In this document: one piece after another, positions 12,001-25,300 of the stretch
How positions within the stretch are numbered: the stretch's first letter is position 1
How the letters are laid out: the number at the start of each line of letters is the position of its first letter
From: Dimorphilus gyrociliatus
Lineage: Eukaryota > Animalia > Annelida
Assembly (NCBI GenBank): GCA_904063045.1
Contig: CAJFCJ010000019.1
Span: 1,875,700-1,939,699, forward strand
Direction of reading: 5' to 3'
DNA length: 64,000 nt
Notes under the pieces: model-generated
Databases searched by the model: none
What the model was told of the DNA's origin: nothing
The model's input: only the letters and a program-made list of their open reading frames with translations
Program-made: the position numbers and the translations under genes

Positions 12001-15000
12001 AATGATCATTGGGTTGTTGAAACTGGCCAGAGTTTGAATCCCATATGTCAGTACTCTTTAAATGATAGTTGAAATCATTGTATGTAAGTATTTGTCTGAT
12101 ATCATTCATTAATCGAGATGTTGTAACAAGATCTGAAAATCTATTTATACAAAATTCAGAGGCACTCTGATAGCTTAATGGTCCAAAATGAAAGTAAAAG
12201 CAAGAATTATCTATATCTTTCCATCCGCTTAAACCACAAAATGAACTGATATGAATATTTTGAGGAATATCATTAAGACTTTCAGAATAATTAAGATTAT
12301 TCAGAGTAGAAACGTGTCTTCCATCATAAACCCTACGATGTATGTTTGATACATCAGTTTTACCCCACCAGTTCCTAGAGCAATCTTTTAAACGATATCC
12401 AGAGTTAGAATTAAGACAAGCAATTTGAAATGCACTTTTATCATCATCTAAAACATTTTCCGTAATTTTAATACTTTGTGCAGATGTAGAAATGATCTTT
12501 GATACTTTCTGGTCGAGCACACTATTGTCATTAAATACACTATGTGTTATTATCAACACTCCATTATTTTTACTTGGAGAGTGAAAAAGTAAATCGTTCG
12601 TAGCTTGATTTCTATATAATGTACTCGTATTCATATAAAAATCTGCATTTATTATCTTTATTAATTGTTGATTGCTTGAGCATTTTTCGATTAAAGTTTT
12701 CGTAAAGAAAACTCCAAGTTTCTCTTTGTTGAAATTGGTAAGTTCAAAAAGCGTAAAACCTTTATTCTCGTGTAAAACACTTTGAATTAGTAATACTTTC
12801 AAATCGTCACTAGGCATATAAACATTTTCTGAAAACTTTAGATTTATTGCAGTCCTTGTAGACTTTTTAATGCTTAAACTTTTCATATAAATTGTTGAGC
12901 GTTTAGTTATGACGTCTATAGATTTCTTATTTGATGAGAATTTTAAATTTTCGAAATGTAAATGACTCTTATGTTGTAAAGTCTGATAATTAATATCTAT
13001 ATCCGTATCTTTACCTTTTGTAAATGAACTATTTACCGTACGATATTCTGTGTCGTCATCCTTATCGCAATATATGAATTCTGGATTTGCAAATTGCAAA
13101 CATCCTTGAAAAATAATGTCTATCTTGATTGAGAATATAATATTTCTTGTTTTATCAACATGAATATCTACAAAGTCCCATTCTGTACTTTCTGAAGGAA
13201 TTTCTTGAACATCTTCTGTTATGCTATTTTTAAGTACTACTTGCATTGATCTTACATCTCCATGTAAATAATATCGAAAGTAACAGAAATTATCGGTAAA
13301 GGAAAGATTTTCGTGAGTTATATTGACCACATGCTCTGAACAACAACTCTTTTGGCTGAACAAGATGGAATGTTTAAAAAAGTTTGGGACTTGTTGCGAC
13401 AACGAAGAGCAGTCTGTCTGTTTTAACTCATTTGTCTTGAAGATTGAATAGTCAGACGTTGGAGATTTTATTTTCCAGCCACATAGATTTTTCTCAAATG
13501 TACATTGAGTTACTGTATAAAAATCCTTATACAATATAGTATAATTCCTTTTATTATAAAGTTACGAACCTGGTCTTTTCATCGAAGAGAAGAGGATCTT
13601 TAAGGGTTCAGAGCTTAGATAACTGTTTATTTGTATTCGCATGTCAGTTTCGTAAATATAGATTTCTCCCTGTCAAGAATTGTAATTATTATACGAATGA
13701 CTATAGAGTTTATATTTACATTGTTCACATTGTACTCTTGCGGTAGGATATAAGATGATCCATTTTTCGGAAAAATTTGTATTACTTCTCTTTGAAGGAT
13801 ACCAGACAAAATATTCACTTTAAAAATAAACCCAGAAGGAATTGTTAAACTTGCAGAGCATCCTTCCTGGAAGAAGTCAAACCAATTTGAATCAAACCAT
13901 AACGATTGACGTTGCAAATCATGAACAGTTCCAATTGTACAGAAAGTAATTGGAGAATGAATTGAATCTTTTAAAATGACTTTGTCTTGACGATTTAAAT
14001 GACTTAATTTAATTGAATTTACATTTTCATTAAAATTACTATTTTCAATAGAAATTCTATTGAATGAACCTATTAAGTCAATTCCAGTTTCCTTTATCGA
14101 TTCTACCAAAATATTAGATATAACTAGGTTGTGAAGTTTATCAAATGCAACGATTTGTAAACCGATTTCAGATGATGTGAAATAAGACTCAGTGACAAAC
14201 ACTTCTTCGTAAGACAATAAGCTTAAAAGAACACCGTCAAAAACAGCATTTTTTATATAACCACTACTGCCTTTCAAACTTATGACTGCAGCATTGAATT
14301 TTGTAGGCAAGCAACTAAAAAGGATAGTTCCAACTGAATTTGCTTGTGAAACATTTTTACATTGAGAAAATTTCGTAGCATTATAACAATCAAGGATCCA
14401 CCCAGTTTCAGAATAGGGTATTCGTACTACTGGTTGTGAATCTGTAGTTAAAAGAGTTTAATACACATGATAGATATTATTCCATTGTATACCTGAATCT
14501 ATTAATTGATGAAAATGTTCACAAACCATCTTATTTACATGAAAAAGCTCTTTAATGTGAGTACTTGTTATATTGAATTTAATAGCTGTTGTTCCATATT
14601 TCTCGGAAATCTCTAAATTACCATTGGAATCTAGGATAAAATTATTATGTTTTTGTTTTAAAGCCCTAAAATAGACAACTTCTTCATTCGAATTTTCAAT
14701 AGAAAAAGATCCATTTACTATTAATTGTTTACCAGCATTAAACGTCATCGATGTACCCTGACGTAATATCACTAAATCTCCATTAATTACTGTCGTATCT
14801 TCAATCAAAATATCACCTCTAAGCTCTTGGTTTCCTTTAATATATCCACATAGGATATTTGACTTAACTTTCTCTTCTTCATCAAAATATTTTAGAGTAG
14901 TTAATCCAGCATCCGAATAACTTGGAGATAAATGAACTTTTACCAATAGACCATTTTCGTTTCTATCATATAGTTTTGTATAAGGATTTTCGGCATTGAT

Positions 15001-17967
15001 ATAATTATAAGTTATATTCAATTGACAATGATCAATATCATTCGCTCCGCAAAGATAATGACAATCAATTTCATAAGTACTCTCCTCATTATCAATAATA
15101 TTCCTTGTTATGAATGGAAAAATTTCTCCTTCAAGCTTAAAAGTAGAATAGACAACATTTTTGGATAATATATTATTGGTGATATGATGATAAGTATCAA
15201 CAGAATAGAGAAGCTTAAAATGTGCTGCTGTACTAAATATTTTACAATTTTCAATGAGATTATTTGTAAAATTAAGATTTGAATTACTAATGAAAACTTG
15301 AAAGGCATTCATTGCAGTACAATTTTCAATAATATTGTTTCTTATAGTAACTTTTCCAATTTGATTTTCTGGGTTTCTTAAATGATCATCTATTTTTATT
15401 AAGTTTTTTATTATTGAACAATTAATAAATTGGTTATGTTCAAAAATTAATCCATAATGAATATTTTCAATATTAATAACAGACCAAAGGCTTATATTTA
15501 GAAATTTGTTATAGCTGAAGAGATGATTATTTAAAGAGATACGTCTATATTCTAAGCCATTCAAAATTTCAATTAAATTATGTTTTGAAGAGGAAATTAT
15601 ATTATCGTCATTTGTAAATGTATTGTTTCTGATAGCCAAATATGAATCTGATTCTTTTCCTTTGTAAGTATTGTAAATATGTAGAAATGTTTTAACAATG
15701 TTAATTATTTTATTATCTTCGATTATAATCTTATATTGTCGTCGCTGCGTAATCATTTTTATAAATAAACGATAATATACTTTAAGGTGAATAAATATAT
15801 TATTTCTGATCTCCACTACATTGATATTATAAATATCCAGAGTTACTTCAGAATAATTATTCTCTATTATTAAATGAGCTCCAGCGTTTACAAACGTCAA
15901 TAAAGTTGTCTGAGTTTGAAAATATTTAATAATTATTACAATTGAAATAAATTGATTATTAATTAACTTGTTTTCTTTTTAATTAAATATTTTCATACTC
16001 TTAAAAATCTATTATTCGTAATTTCAGTTTTTGATGATGCCATGTAAAAATCACCACTGGTTATATATAAAGATTGGTATTTTCTTGCATAAAACGTATT
16101 ATTTTTTATTGAAATTCTATGCTTTGTCCGTTTTAACAGTGTAAAATATAAATTTACATTTGAATCTTCAAAATAACTTGATTGAATGGTTAACACTTTA
16201 CAAACGGCTTGTAAAGTAATTAAGCAGTTTCTAGATGTTACGTTATTTAACTCTAAACTTTGAAAAGATTCAAATGTTAGCCCAGTATGCATATCACAAG
16301 TTGAATAAAAATTAGAAATAACGCTGATTTCTTTAACTAAATTAATGTAGAAAAATGATATAAAAGAATTTAATTAAAAAGTAATAGTAACCTTCTTTAA
16401 AAGAATTAATAATCAAGTTTTCATGTTGTACAAGAGTGCAGTCAATTGTTACATTTCGACTGTCAGATATAAGTGAGACACAGTTCCTTTTTTCGCTATA
16501 AAGAAGTATTTCATTGCCGTCATAAATTTTGCATTCATCTTCTAATTTAAAGCAAAGGCTTTGTATCTCAAGCACTTCATCTTCTCGAGCAATAAATGTC
16601 TTTAAGAAGATTATATAACATCAATTTAGCTTATAAATTATTACAAACTTATTCATACTTTTTTAATCTTCTGTGCAGTTTGGACGCGATAACTGACCGG
16701 ATATGTGACGAGACTGTCATCGCAAATATCACAAACCAAATCTTCTATGTCTTTAAAAGAGTATAACGATGAAGGTGGCTTTGCAATTTGTATCAGATTA
16801 TGTTTATTATCTGTTAACAAGATGGTAGTTTAATAATTTATCATTTATTATTTAATGAAAAAGTAATAAATCTATTACTTTCCGCTCTGAAATCATCAAT
16901 CATAAATTTGTCTTTTGATTGAATATAAACACCGAAGAAATTATTTTCCAGAACAATTGAATTTAGATTATAACTATATGACTTCCTATTATTTATCATA
17001 GAAATAGCGTTAAGAGACGTTGAATTGCTAATCTGTATATTTCTAAAAAAGAAAACAACTGTGGTAAACTGTGTTTTTGTAGTTAAATTGGAGACACAAA
17101 CTTATATTGCACGACGTTAGAATCTTCAATGACAAAGGCTGCCTTTTCACTTACTACATTCGCTATAGACACTTCGTTTGAATTTCTGATCATAACTCCA
17201 TTGTTTAATCCGTCATCACTTGACAAATAATGTCTTACTGTAAGACTCTTAACATTCCCATTTGCTGTTGAGTATATTAATATTAAAGGTGAATTTAAGT
17301 TATCGTAAGTAATATTTACATATAGATCTCTTGCAATTTCTAATATCATTTGTGGTAGTAGAACATTCAATTTCTTGGCAAGTTCTCGATGTAGATGATG
17401 AAAACGATGTCAAACTTGAGGCTTCTAGAGCTTCCTGCAAAAGCTATACAAACAAAATTTTTTAATTTAATCTTTCTACTTTTCCATTGACTTCGACTAG
17501 TATTAAAAGAAATTACTTGTAATACTTTACTACGCGAACTATCGGTGTAGCATAGATGAACATATTCATCATTAACTTTGAATTGTAAGCTAAACACTTC
17601 TGATATATTAAAATATGTTGTTAAAAGATTATTTTACAAATGTTACTTTCTTACTATTATATATAATATCCAAAATAAAATTGTCTTTTTCAGGAATTTC
17701 TACAACATTCATATGTATTTTTTCATTTTCCGATCCATTCATAATGACTGCACCATGTTCTATTATTATTTTATTGAATTGAGAAGAAAATGTAATATGT
17801 GCACCAGCTTGAACAGTTAACGATGATGGTCTTACAGTAGTTATGATTTTATGATATCCAGAAGGAATAATCATAGCTTTTCCATTATATTTTTCATCGT
17901 AATCAAGGCATCTTATCCAAGATATAGTCGTTAATAAAACAATAGTATAAGAGTAAAGTAATAACAT
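6057..17967 (-). CDS. Giant mosaic type-I membrane protein, copy A (~3680 aa): SP, 2x[beta-helix/SRCR-like/CUB-like], MAM, beta-helix, CTL, EGF, PSI, unassigned region, VWD (GDPH), EGF array, 2 cadherin-like domains, stalk, TM
   Basis: The ATG at 17967 opens the signal peptide MLLLYSYTIVLLTTISWIRC. There are 14 GT..AG introns: 17600-17654, 17435-17516, 17265-17319, 17043-17101, 16811-16878, 16600-16658, 16337-16391, 15910-15998, 14442-14492, 13670-13719, 13513-13569, 10370-10435, 9706-9777 and 9415-9464. They total 868 bp and leave an 11,043-nt in-frame CDS. Motifs: MAM (TQCTFEKNLCGW), CTL (CGLSGWKDIDNSCFYF), PSI (YTSCKQCTEKDGCGWC), VWD (WGDPHLETLDG), cadherin (QIQANDTDIG, ATDSDSG), TM (LIIAISSGSLMVLIALLTFLFLYI). 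Confidence 0.85.
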
Positions 17968-19157
17968 ATTAATACTTTTTAAATTCAATTTACAAAGTCT
18001 TTAACAGTCAATCTGCTATGAAAATAAAGCGGATCTGTGGCAATTCTACCTAAAGAAGGAAGAAAATTACAGTTTCTTTTAAAAAGTTGTCTTGGTGTTA
18101 TGTGGTAGATTAAAGCTTTGAATGTATTGAGTATTCAAAAGAAAAAAGATTCAATACAATAACGACTTTATTTAAGAAATGAGGTAAATAGCATATTATT
18201 GATTTGATATTTCGTTCTACTTTCTGACAGAAAATTTAGAAAAGCAAAAATAAAAATACAATGGTTATATAGGGCAAATAAAGATTTTCATCTTAATTTA
18301 TCATCGTAAAATATGATGAAGAATTTATTCAACTACAAATTGCAAAGAATACTGGAAAGGCTTACAATAAAAAAGAGATTTTCGACCAACTCGAAAAGCA
18401 TAATAATGATCAGATATTCATAGAAAAAGACAACAGTTCGATTAACTTTAAAATATCTCTCGATTTGTTTGAGGAAATCAAAATACGAACTTCAACAAAT
18501 CATTCAAAATGTCAATTTTGTTAAATATTGTCAAATATTGGATAGTAAATATAAATGTACTACTCTTCATATATAGAACAACTGCAACTATGTAGTTTTA
18601 GTTTGTTTGAGAGTTGAACAGGAAGTGAATATAGTTAAAAATAGCATAAAAAGAAATATTTAAATAGAGGTTATATTGCCAATAAAATCTAAATTCTGTC
18701 AATCTGCATATAAATTTGTTATATAGAAAGATACAATGTGTGTTTGTGTATGTTTTATTTTTCTTTTAGACTTGTCAGCTTAATTTGATGATTTTGTATT
18801 GTAATTGTTTTACAATTATAGAAAATTGAGATCTAAGTGCAAACTAGATAATTACTAATTATTGTTCATATTTGTAATCCTATAGAGAATGGCAAAATAT
18901 TCATATTATTGAAAAAAAAATTCAATATAATCTCCTTTAAAAGTGAAAAATTAGTAAAATTTTATCATCTGCCAGTCTATTACATTGATATGTAAATAAG
19001 GTTCCAGATTCCTTTCATGGATACTATTAATGCAAAATGTTTCAGAATACTATAACTTTGACATAAATAGAATATATTATTAATATGTATATACATACTG
19101 TATATACAGTGCATCTAATTTGACAATTTTTTACGAGCACTCATAGAGTGTGTCTCT

Positions 19158-19998
19158 ATGGCGAAAATGGAATTTTATTCAATATTTATCCTAGGTAGGT
19201 CAACATAAATATGATTTTGATAACTTTATCTTGAATTTAAACTTTATAGTATTAACATTTTAAAGCTGCAGCAATACTCTCTTTGTCAATCTGCTATGAA
19301 AATAGATTTGAAAATGAAATTGTTTCCTCTCTTCTATCTAAATTAAATGAAAAGAGAGACTCTAAATCATTCTGTCAGACTGGAGTGGAAAGATGTAAAG
19401 ATAATTATCAAAAATCATATAGTACTATGATTTTTCAGGGTTTCAATTCCAAGCAGTTTTGTTCTATAGCAGAAAAGCAAGAATCCTGTTTAGCTTTAGT
19501 TAATAAGCCACCTTGTATGCTTGCTAATATTAATGACTATAGACAATTTGCAAGAGATGTTTGCAATCAAGGTATAACTGTTTTTAAATAATGATAATTA
19601 ATAATTTCCTAATTGTCAAGTTTATTCGAATAGATTGCCAAGATCCTTTAGATTTTCTAAATGGTAAACTGGGAGAAAGTGTTTGCGATTTTAAAATTCC
19701 TTTTAAAACTATTCTACAGCAATGCCAAGCTTATAAACAGTCACTTTTTCCAGAATTGGAAAGTTTACAATGTAACAATTAAGATAATTAATTATAAATA
19801 AACAGAACGTAATATATCTTGAATTCAATTATAGGTCGTAGAAAAACGAATGCTACTCCAAAAAGAATTATAGTCAATACGCCTAGTGCCCTGACTGGTA
19901 AACAACCAAAACCACATGGCAATAACGGTCAAAATTACGCAAGTGGATATGTTTCCTTCGTATTTCCTATTATTTTTGGTCTGAAAAGATTACTATAA
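19158..19998 (+). CDS. Small secreted Cys-rich protein with hydrophobic C-terminus (putative GPI anchor), paralogue G3, ~214 aa
   Basis: Exons 19158-19194, 19266-19571, 19634-19771 and 19835-19998 give 645 nt in frame. Cys spacing C-x6-C-x21-C-x8-C-x8-C-x15-C is identical to G1. Exon 3 is 138 nt as in G2. The protein ends YVSFVFPIIFGLKRLL. Confidence 0.75.
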
Positions 19999-20398
19999 AA
20001 TTATTATAAAATGTATTTTTTTAAGTCAAAATATTAATTATGCTAAAACTATTCTGATATTGTTGTACTTTACGCTATCTTTCAAATAAATTATTGTAAT
20101 GATAAGTACTATCTATAACATATCGATAATTAAGATATTTACGAAGATACTTTCTTAAGTAGGGTACAAGTTGCTCATGGGATTGTCAATTTCATAACTC
20201 ATTTAGCCAATGACAGATCATCCTTCACTCGACAGACATTTTGAGAATTGTTGAAGGTATCTTTAAATCAGTAAATATTAGTTTCAATTAACTTTAATAC
20301 AGTTGAAAATATAGTTGAACATTTGTTCTAATTGTTGGAGAACTTTTTAATTAAAGAGCAAGTGTATAAATTGAAAAGTGACCAAAATTTGAGAAGTC

Positions 20399-22111
20399 AT
20401 GCCAAATATTAGTTTGAAGAGTTTATTAGAACAACTTGCCCAGATGGTTTCTCATCTGCAAACCGAAGTAATAAAAACAAAGTCATATTCACGGCAGAGA
20501 GCAGAGTTCGAATGCGCTGTACTGAAAATTGGGGGAGAATGTTCTAGACACTGCATTTTCGTTAGTGGAAATATTCTTCGAAAGAGTAAAGATTTGGTAA
20601 ATGTTATTCTAGAAAATTTAAACGAAATTGAGAAGGCACTGGAGAAATATGAACCATGGAGGGTAAAACACGTGTTAAACTCATCACAATGTGCTACTAT
20701 GTTATTGAAAGTGAGACAAATTATGGAGGGTATGGATTTATTGGAGGAGTTTGAAAAGGAATTTAATAACAACGGCAACCTAGTTATGATAAGAGACGAG
20801 AAACTTGGAATGACGCAAAGTTTTAAGAAAACTACTGAAAATTTAGATAAAGCTCAAACTGTCATCGAAAACAAGACTAATCATAGTGAAAAAATAAATA
20901 CCGAAGTATATAATCTGGCAAAGCGTTTTCTAGAGAAATCTATAAACAAATCTGTACTTTGTCACGATGCTGAAGCTGTTAAGCAGGTTATTAAGACCTT
21001 TTTATCAATAATGGATAGTAATTTTGAGGAAAAGGCAGATCATAAATTGATGCTAGAACGCCAGTCAGTTATAGAAATTACTGATACTAAATTACAGCTC
21101 ATTGATAAAAAAGCTCAAGAAAGGGAAAATTCTCTAGTCTATGACCTCAACACCAAGATAAATACTTTTTCTGAACGTTTAGATATGGTAGAAATATTAT
21201 GTAAGAAAAAGCAATATAAGCCTGATCAAACTCTAGAACATAGTAGGATAGAACTTTTTAAAAGCCCAAATTATTTTGGAAAATCAAGCGACTGCCTGTC
21301 AATCCCACCGGCTTTTCATCAAGAGGAACCTTCTTCATCAGATTTTTCTGATGATACTGTTGTAAAATTCAAAGTGAGGGAAGAAATTAGCCTTTTCGAA
21401 TATGAATCAATAATTACAGATCCTATGAACCACTTTAATGGATCGGTTGAAAATTATCCTACATTTATGAGAAGACACAAGAGTTTGACATCTAAATTCA
21501 ATCTTACAGAGTTCCAAAAGTTAAACCTCCTAGTTAGGACGCTAAATGAAGATGCTAAAAGGTATATAAGGAATTGTTTAAAATCTTTAAAGGGAGGCTA
21601 TAATCAGGCCGTTAATATGTTGAATCGGTTACACTTACACGAGAACCCAGATCCAGACTATATGATGGAAATTCTTGAAGAACTCCCTGAATACACTGAA
21701 AGAGACGTTGAAACTGGAACTGCAATTGTAAATGCGGTGTCTTTAATCTGGCTATGCTTTCAAAGAAGGGAAGATGACAGTCATATGCTAAAAGCTTTCA
21801 CGGGATATATAACACGTCAAAAACTCAACGATGAACTACGCAAATTTTGGATGAAAGACGAATTTGATAGACGTAAGCTGACTGGTAAAACCGTTTTCTC
21901 TGATTTTCACTCATTTTTACGAATCAACTTAAAATTCGAAGAAAGAGAAACTTTTTGCTCTCTAAATCAGGAACAAGGAGCCACAAGCAATCTGAAGAGA
22001 CAAAATTCGACTCCCCTTTTTGGTAGCCCTCCACCTAAGACCATCTTTCCGTCGCCGCGATCAGGTTGTGGAATCAACATTCGTAATTCATTTGGATCGA
22101 AAGCAATCTAG
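20399..22111 (+). CDS. Single-exon 570-aa protein containing a BEL/Pao-type Gag capsid-like (DUF1759-like) segment; stand-alone, no pol
   Basis: HFNGSVENYPTFMRRHKSLTSKFNLTEFQKLNLLVRTLNEDAKRYI...GYNQAVNMLNRL follows the pattern F-x-G...W/Y-x-x-F...L-S/T-x-x-E/Q-K-L-x-x-L...A...Y-x-x-A-x-x-x-L typical of BEL/Pao Gag (recognised by eye). The N-terminal half looks coiled-coil. No CCHC knuckle, protease, RT, integrase or flanking LTR was seen. Confidence 0.65.
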   Translation: MPNISLKSLLEQLAQMVSHLQTEVIKTKSYSRQRAEFECAVLKIGGECSRHCIFVSGNILRKSKDLVNVILENLNEIEKALEKYEPWRVKHVLNSSQCATMLLKVRQIMEGMDLLEEFEKEFNNNGNLVMIRDEKLGMTQSFKKTTENLDKAQTVIENKTNHSEKINTEVYNLAKRFLEKSINKSVLCHDAEAVKQVIKTFLSIMDSNFEEKADHKLMLERQSVIEITDTKLQLIDKKAQERENSLVYDLNTKINTFSERLDMVEILCKKKQYKPDQTLEHSRIELFKSPNYFGKSSDCLSIPPAFHQEEPSSSDFSDDTVVKFKVREEISLFEYESIITDPMNHFNGSVENYPTFMRRHKSLTSKFNLTEFQKLNLLVRTLNEDAKRYIRNCLKSLKGGYNQAVNMLNRLHLHENPDPDYMMEILEELPEYTERDVETGTAIVNAVSLIWLCFQRREDDSHMLKAFTGYITRQKLNDELRKFWMKDEFDRRKLTGKTVFSDFHSFLRINLKFEERETFCSLNQEQGATSNLKRQNSTPLFGSPPPKTIFPSPRSGCGINIRNSFGSKAI

Positions 22112-22347
22112 AAAACCTTAATAATCTAAAAATTACTGATTAAAATATTATAACCCTAAACAAACAGACTTATGTTAAAGAGATATCAACAATAATAATA
22201 ACAATATTATTTAACGTTATTTAAAGTTTTTGTTTATCTATTGTCTTTGTTCTATCTATTAAGAATTGAATGTCTATTGAAAACTCTGTAAACTATATAT
22301 TATCTATTTTTTTTTTAATCATAAACATATCATCTATTAATTAATGA

Positions 22348-25300
22348 TTATACTGCGTGGCAAGTCTTCTCATTAAACAGGAGATTATTGCGTCTTATAG
22401 CGAAGAAAGATATGACTATACATATAATTATAAGTAATAAAATAGTTAGGCTGAGACTTAAAATTGCATATTTATCAATAGACGATCTTCTGATATCTTC
22501 CATAGCAGTTGTCTTCATATCCTTAGTAGTTTCTGTATGGTCATCTTGTATAGTAATTGAAGATTTTGTAGAAAAATCCGTATTTTCTTTGGACGTTGTT
22601 TCGTATATTGCTGACGTTTTCATTTTGGTAGATTTCTCCGAAAATGTAGAAATGACTGCGAACTTGTTGTTGTATAATATTCGCTGGAAGTGGTCATTCC
22701 AGTGGTAGTTGTGTCGTCATTGTTAAAATTATCTGAAGCTAATCCTGCTGGTAATATATTTATCGTTAAAGTATTTGTACTTGAACAGGGTTCATGAGAT
22801 TTATCGAATGCAACAACATCAATCACGTATTGACCTTCGGGTAAAGGAGAAACGGATACGAAAATTTTCAAAGAATTTTCTTTCATATGGAAAAGTCCTT
22901 TATTCTTTCTTCCTTTAGTAACATTTGAATAATATATCTCGGAAAATGTAGAAATATCATTATCAGATGCAACGATATCATAAAATGAAAGGTTAGCTCC
23001 AAAACTAGCATTCAACAGAACATTTTCAAAATTTTTAGGTCTGTGAACTATTGGACATTCATTTACGTCATCAACTTTTATTTGAATGGTTTCCATCGCC
23101 GATTTTGAAGGTACACCATTATCAATAGCATTCACTACTATCTCATATAGTCCTGGTTGATTATATTAAATTTGAAGAAAAGGTCATTTACGCTCTTAAA
23201 AGCAATCTTAAAGCAATCCTGCAATATCGGCAAAAAAGATTAGAACCTCTTTTCCATTAATATTAATAGGCGTTGATGAACAGTTTATCTGTTTTAAGTT
23301 TGTAGTCAGGGAATGGTCATGAATAAATGATGTCACCCGATTATATATATTGTATTCAGTGCCTATAAAGTGTGAGTTTTTCAATGAAACCTGTTTTACA
23401 CATACTCTAAGCTCGCTTGTAGACGATGATGTTACATTTAAATTATCTATAGATAATGGCTTTTGAACAGGTTCACAATAGACACTGAAAGTACTATATT
23501 TGCTTGTAGACTTTATATTTACGTGCTCTAGATCTTGTTGCATATATTCAAAAAAGATATCGTATCGGTAATGACCATCATCTTCTATAGTCAAACCTGA
23601 TATTTTGCTTGGTTCTGATCCTAAAAAATAACTTATTCCTCCCCACTTTGTCCTACATTTCAACTTCAAAACTAGTTTGCATTTCCGAATTTCCTTTCTA
23701 CAAGTTTCGTAATATTTTGTTGGACAATCTAAATATATGCCGTCACGTGATAAATAAGTGTCCTCATAATAAACATGAGAGGGACGACCAAATATATGAC
23801 AAATAGCACTAGAAACTAATGCCTTGAAGCTAGAATCACTGCATACGTAGTATTCGGTAGAATTGTAAAAAGCTTTAACTAAATCATAGCCGTTACCATC
23901 AGCAATTAAAAAATACTCTTCTTGTATAGAAATATTATTATACTGCAATCCTTTAAGTATTATTCTATCATTTTGAGATCCTTTAAACTCTAATTTACCG
24001 TATACTTCTATTCCCGTGAAAAATAGACTTTATCTTAAAATAAGATGATAAGAATGAAAATAATAGCTTACTTGAATTGAGAATATCAATGAATAAAAGA
24101 GAATTTGACATAGTAAATGATATGTTAAGCTCATTCGTTTGTGTCTCGTATCTGGAGCCTTTAAAATTCAATCGGACGTAAATACAAATTTTACCTGGAG
24201 AGCAGGTGTCTCTAGAAAGCAAGCGTGAACTCTAGGTGTTGATTGTTTTGGTGATCTTATTCTATAATTTTCCAAGAATAATCCGCAACCAGAGTTGTCT
24301 GCAAGAGACTTATTCAATATTAATATTACTATATGACAATTATTTACTTCTGGCTGTAAGATTTGTTATTGTAACTTCATCCAAAATATCAATAGATAAG
24401 CCTCTGTCTATGTTATTTTCAACAGTTATATTGGTTATATTTGTTTTAAGATTTGGATTAATAATTTAAATTGCTGATGTTGAATATTTCACATCTTTTA
24501 CAACAATATTACTGAAAAGAAACTGTAATTAGAAAGGAAAATGACTATATTAACTATTGCATTACTCGAATGAATCAATATTTGAATTGATAATATAAAT
24601 TCCAACTTTATAACCAATTACATGAGAAATAGACACTGCTGAGGAATCAACTGCTGAAATTCCGTTCCTTTCGTAAGGGCCATAACACTTGAAAGATATA
24701 CATGGTCTCCAGCCTATCATTAATATTTTCACTCAATTTCTATTAAACAATTAACTTACTTACTGCGACTGTCAGTCAAATTGCATGAATGAATATCATA
24801 TATATTATCTGTACAGTTCATTGGTGTACAATAACATGAGCGTTTAATAGCTTGGTTTGAAATAGGTAAAATCATGTCCATTGTATCCACATGTGATCTT
24901 TTAAAAAAAATTAACAGTATCTTTTATCCTATTTTCTAAGATAATTAAAAATCTCTATGTACATTACCAAGCGTGACGTAATCGTCATTGAAACAAGGCA
25001 CGGTATTCTTAATGTGAATAATTTTGTAACCGTTATAATCTAAAATTGATTTTTCAGTATTAAATAGAAATTTCATGACTCTGATGATAGTTTACCGGCA
25101 AATTTGAACAGTTCCTTGGGGTAAAATATCATTAAAGTCCATAATTATTGGATTTTCTTTACTTCCCTTAATGTTAACTTTACCACCTCTTACAAATATT
25201 TTACTATATTTGGAAGAGAAGGTTAGACGAACACCAGCTTCGATTGAAAGAGATTTCAGTTCTACAATACCAAAAACACTATGATTTCCCCCCTCCAGTA

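Noticed and set aside
18290-18520. ~75-codon open frame on the plus strand upstream of copy A
   Set aside because: It has no ATG in context and no motif, and is compatible with chance or an unidentifiable remnant.
20000-22347. Full LTR retrotransposon around the Gag-like ORF
   Set aside because: I could see no paired TG..CA direct repeats, PBS/PPT or pol remnants in the flanks.
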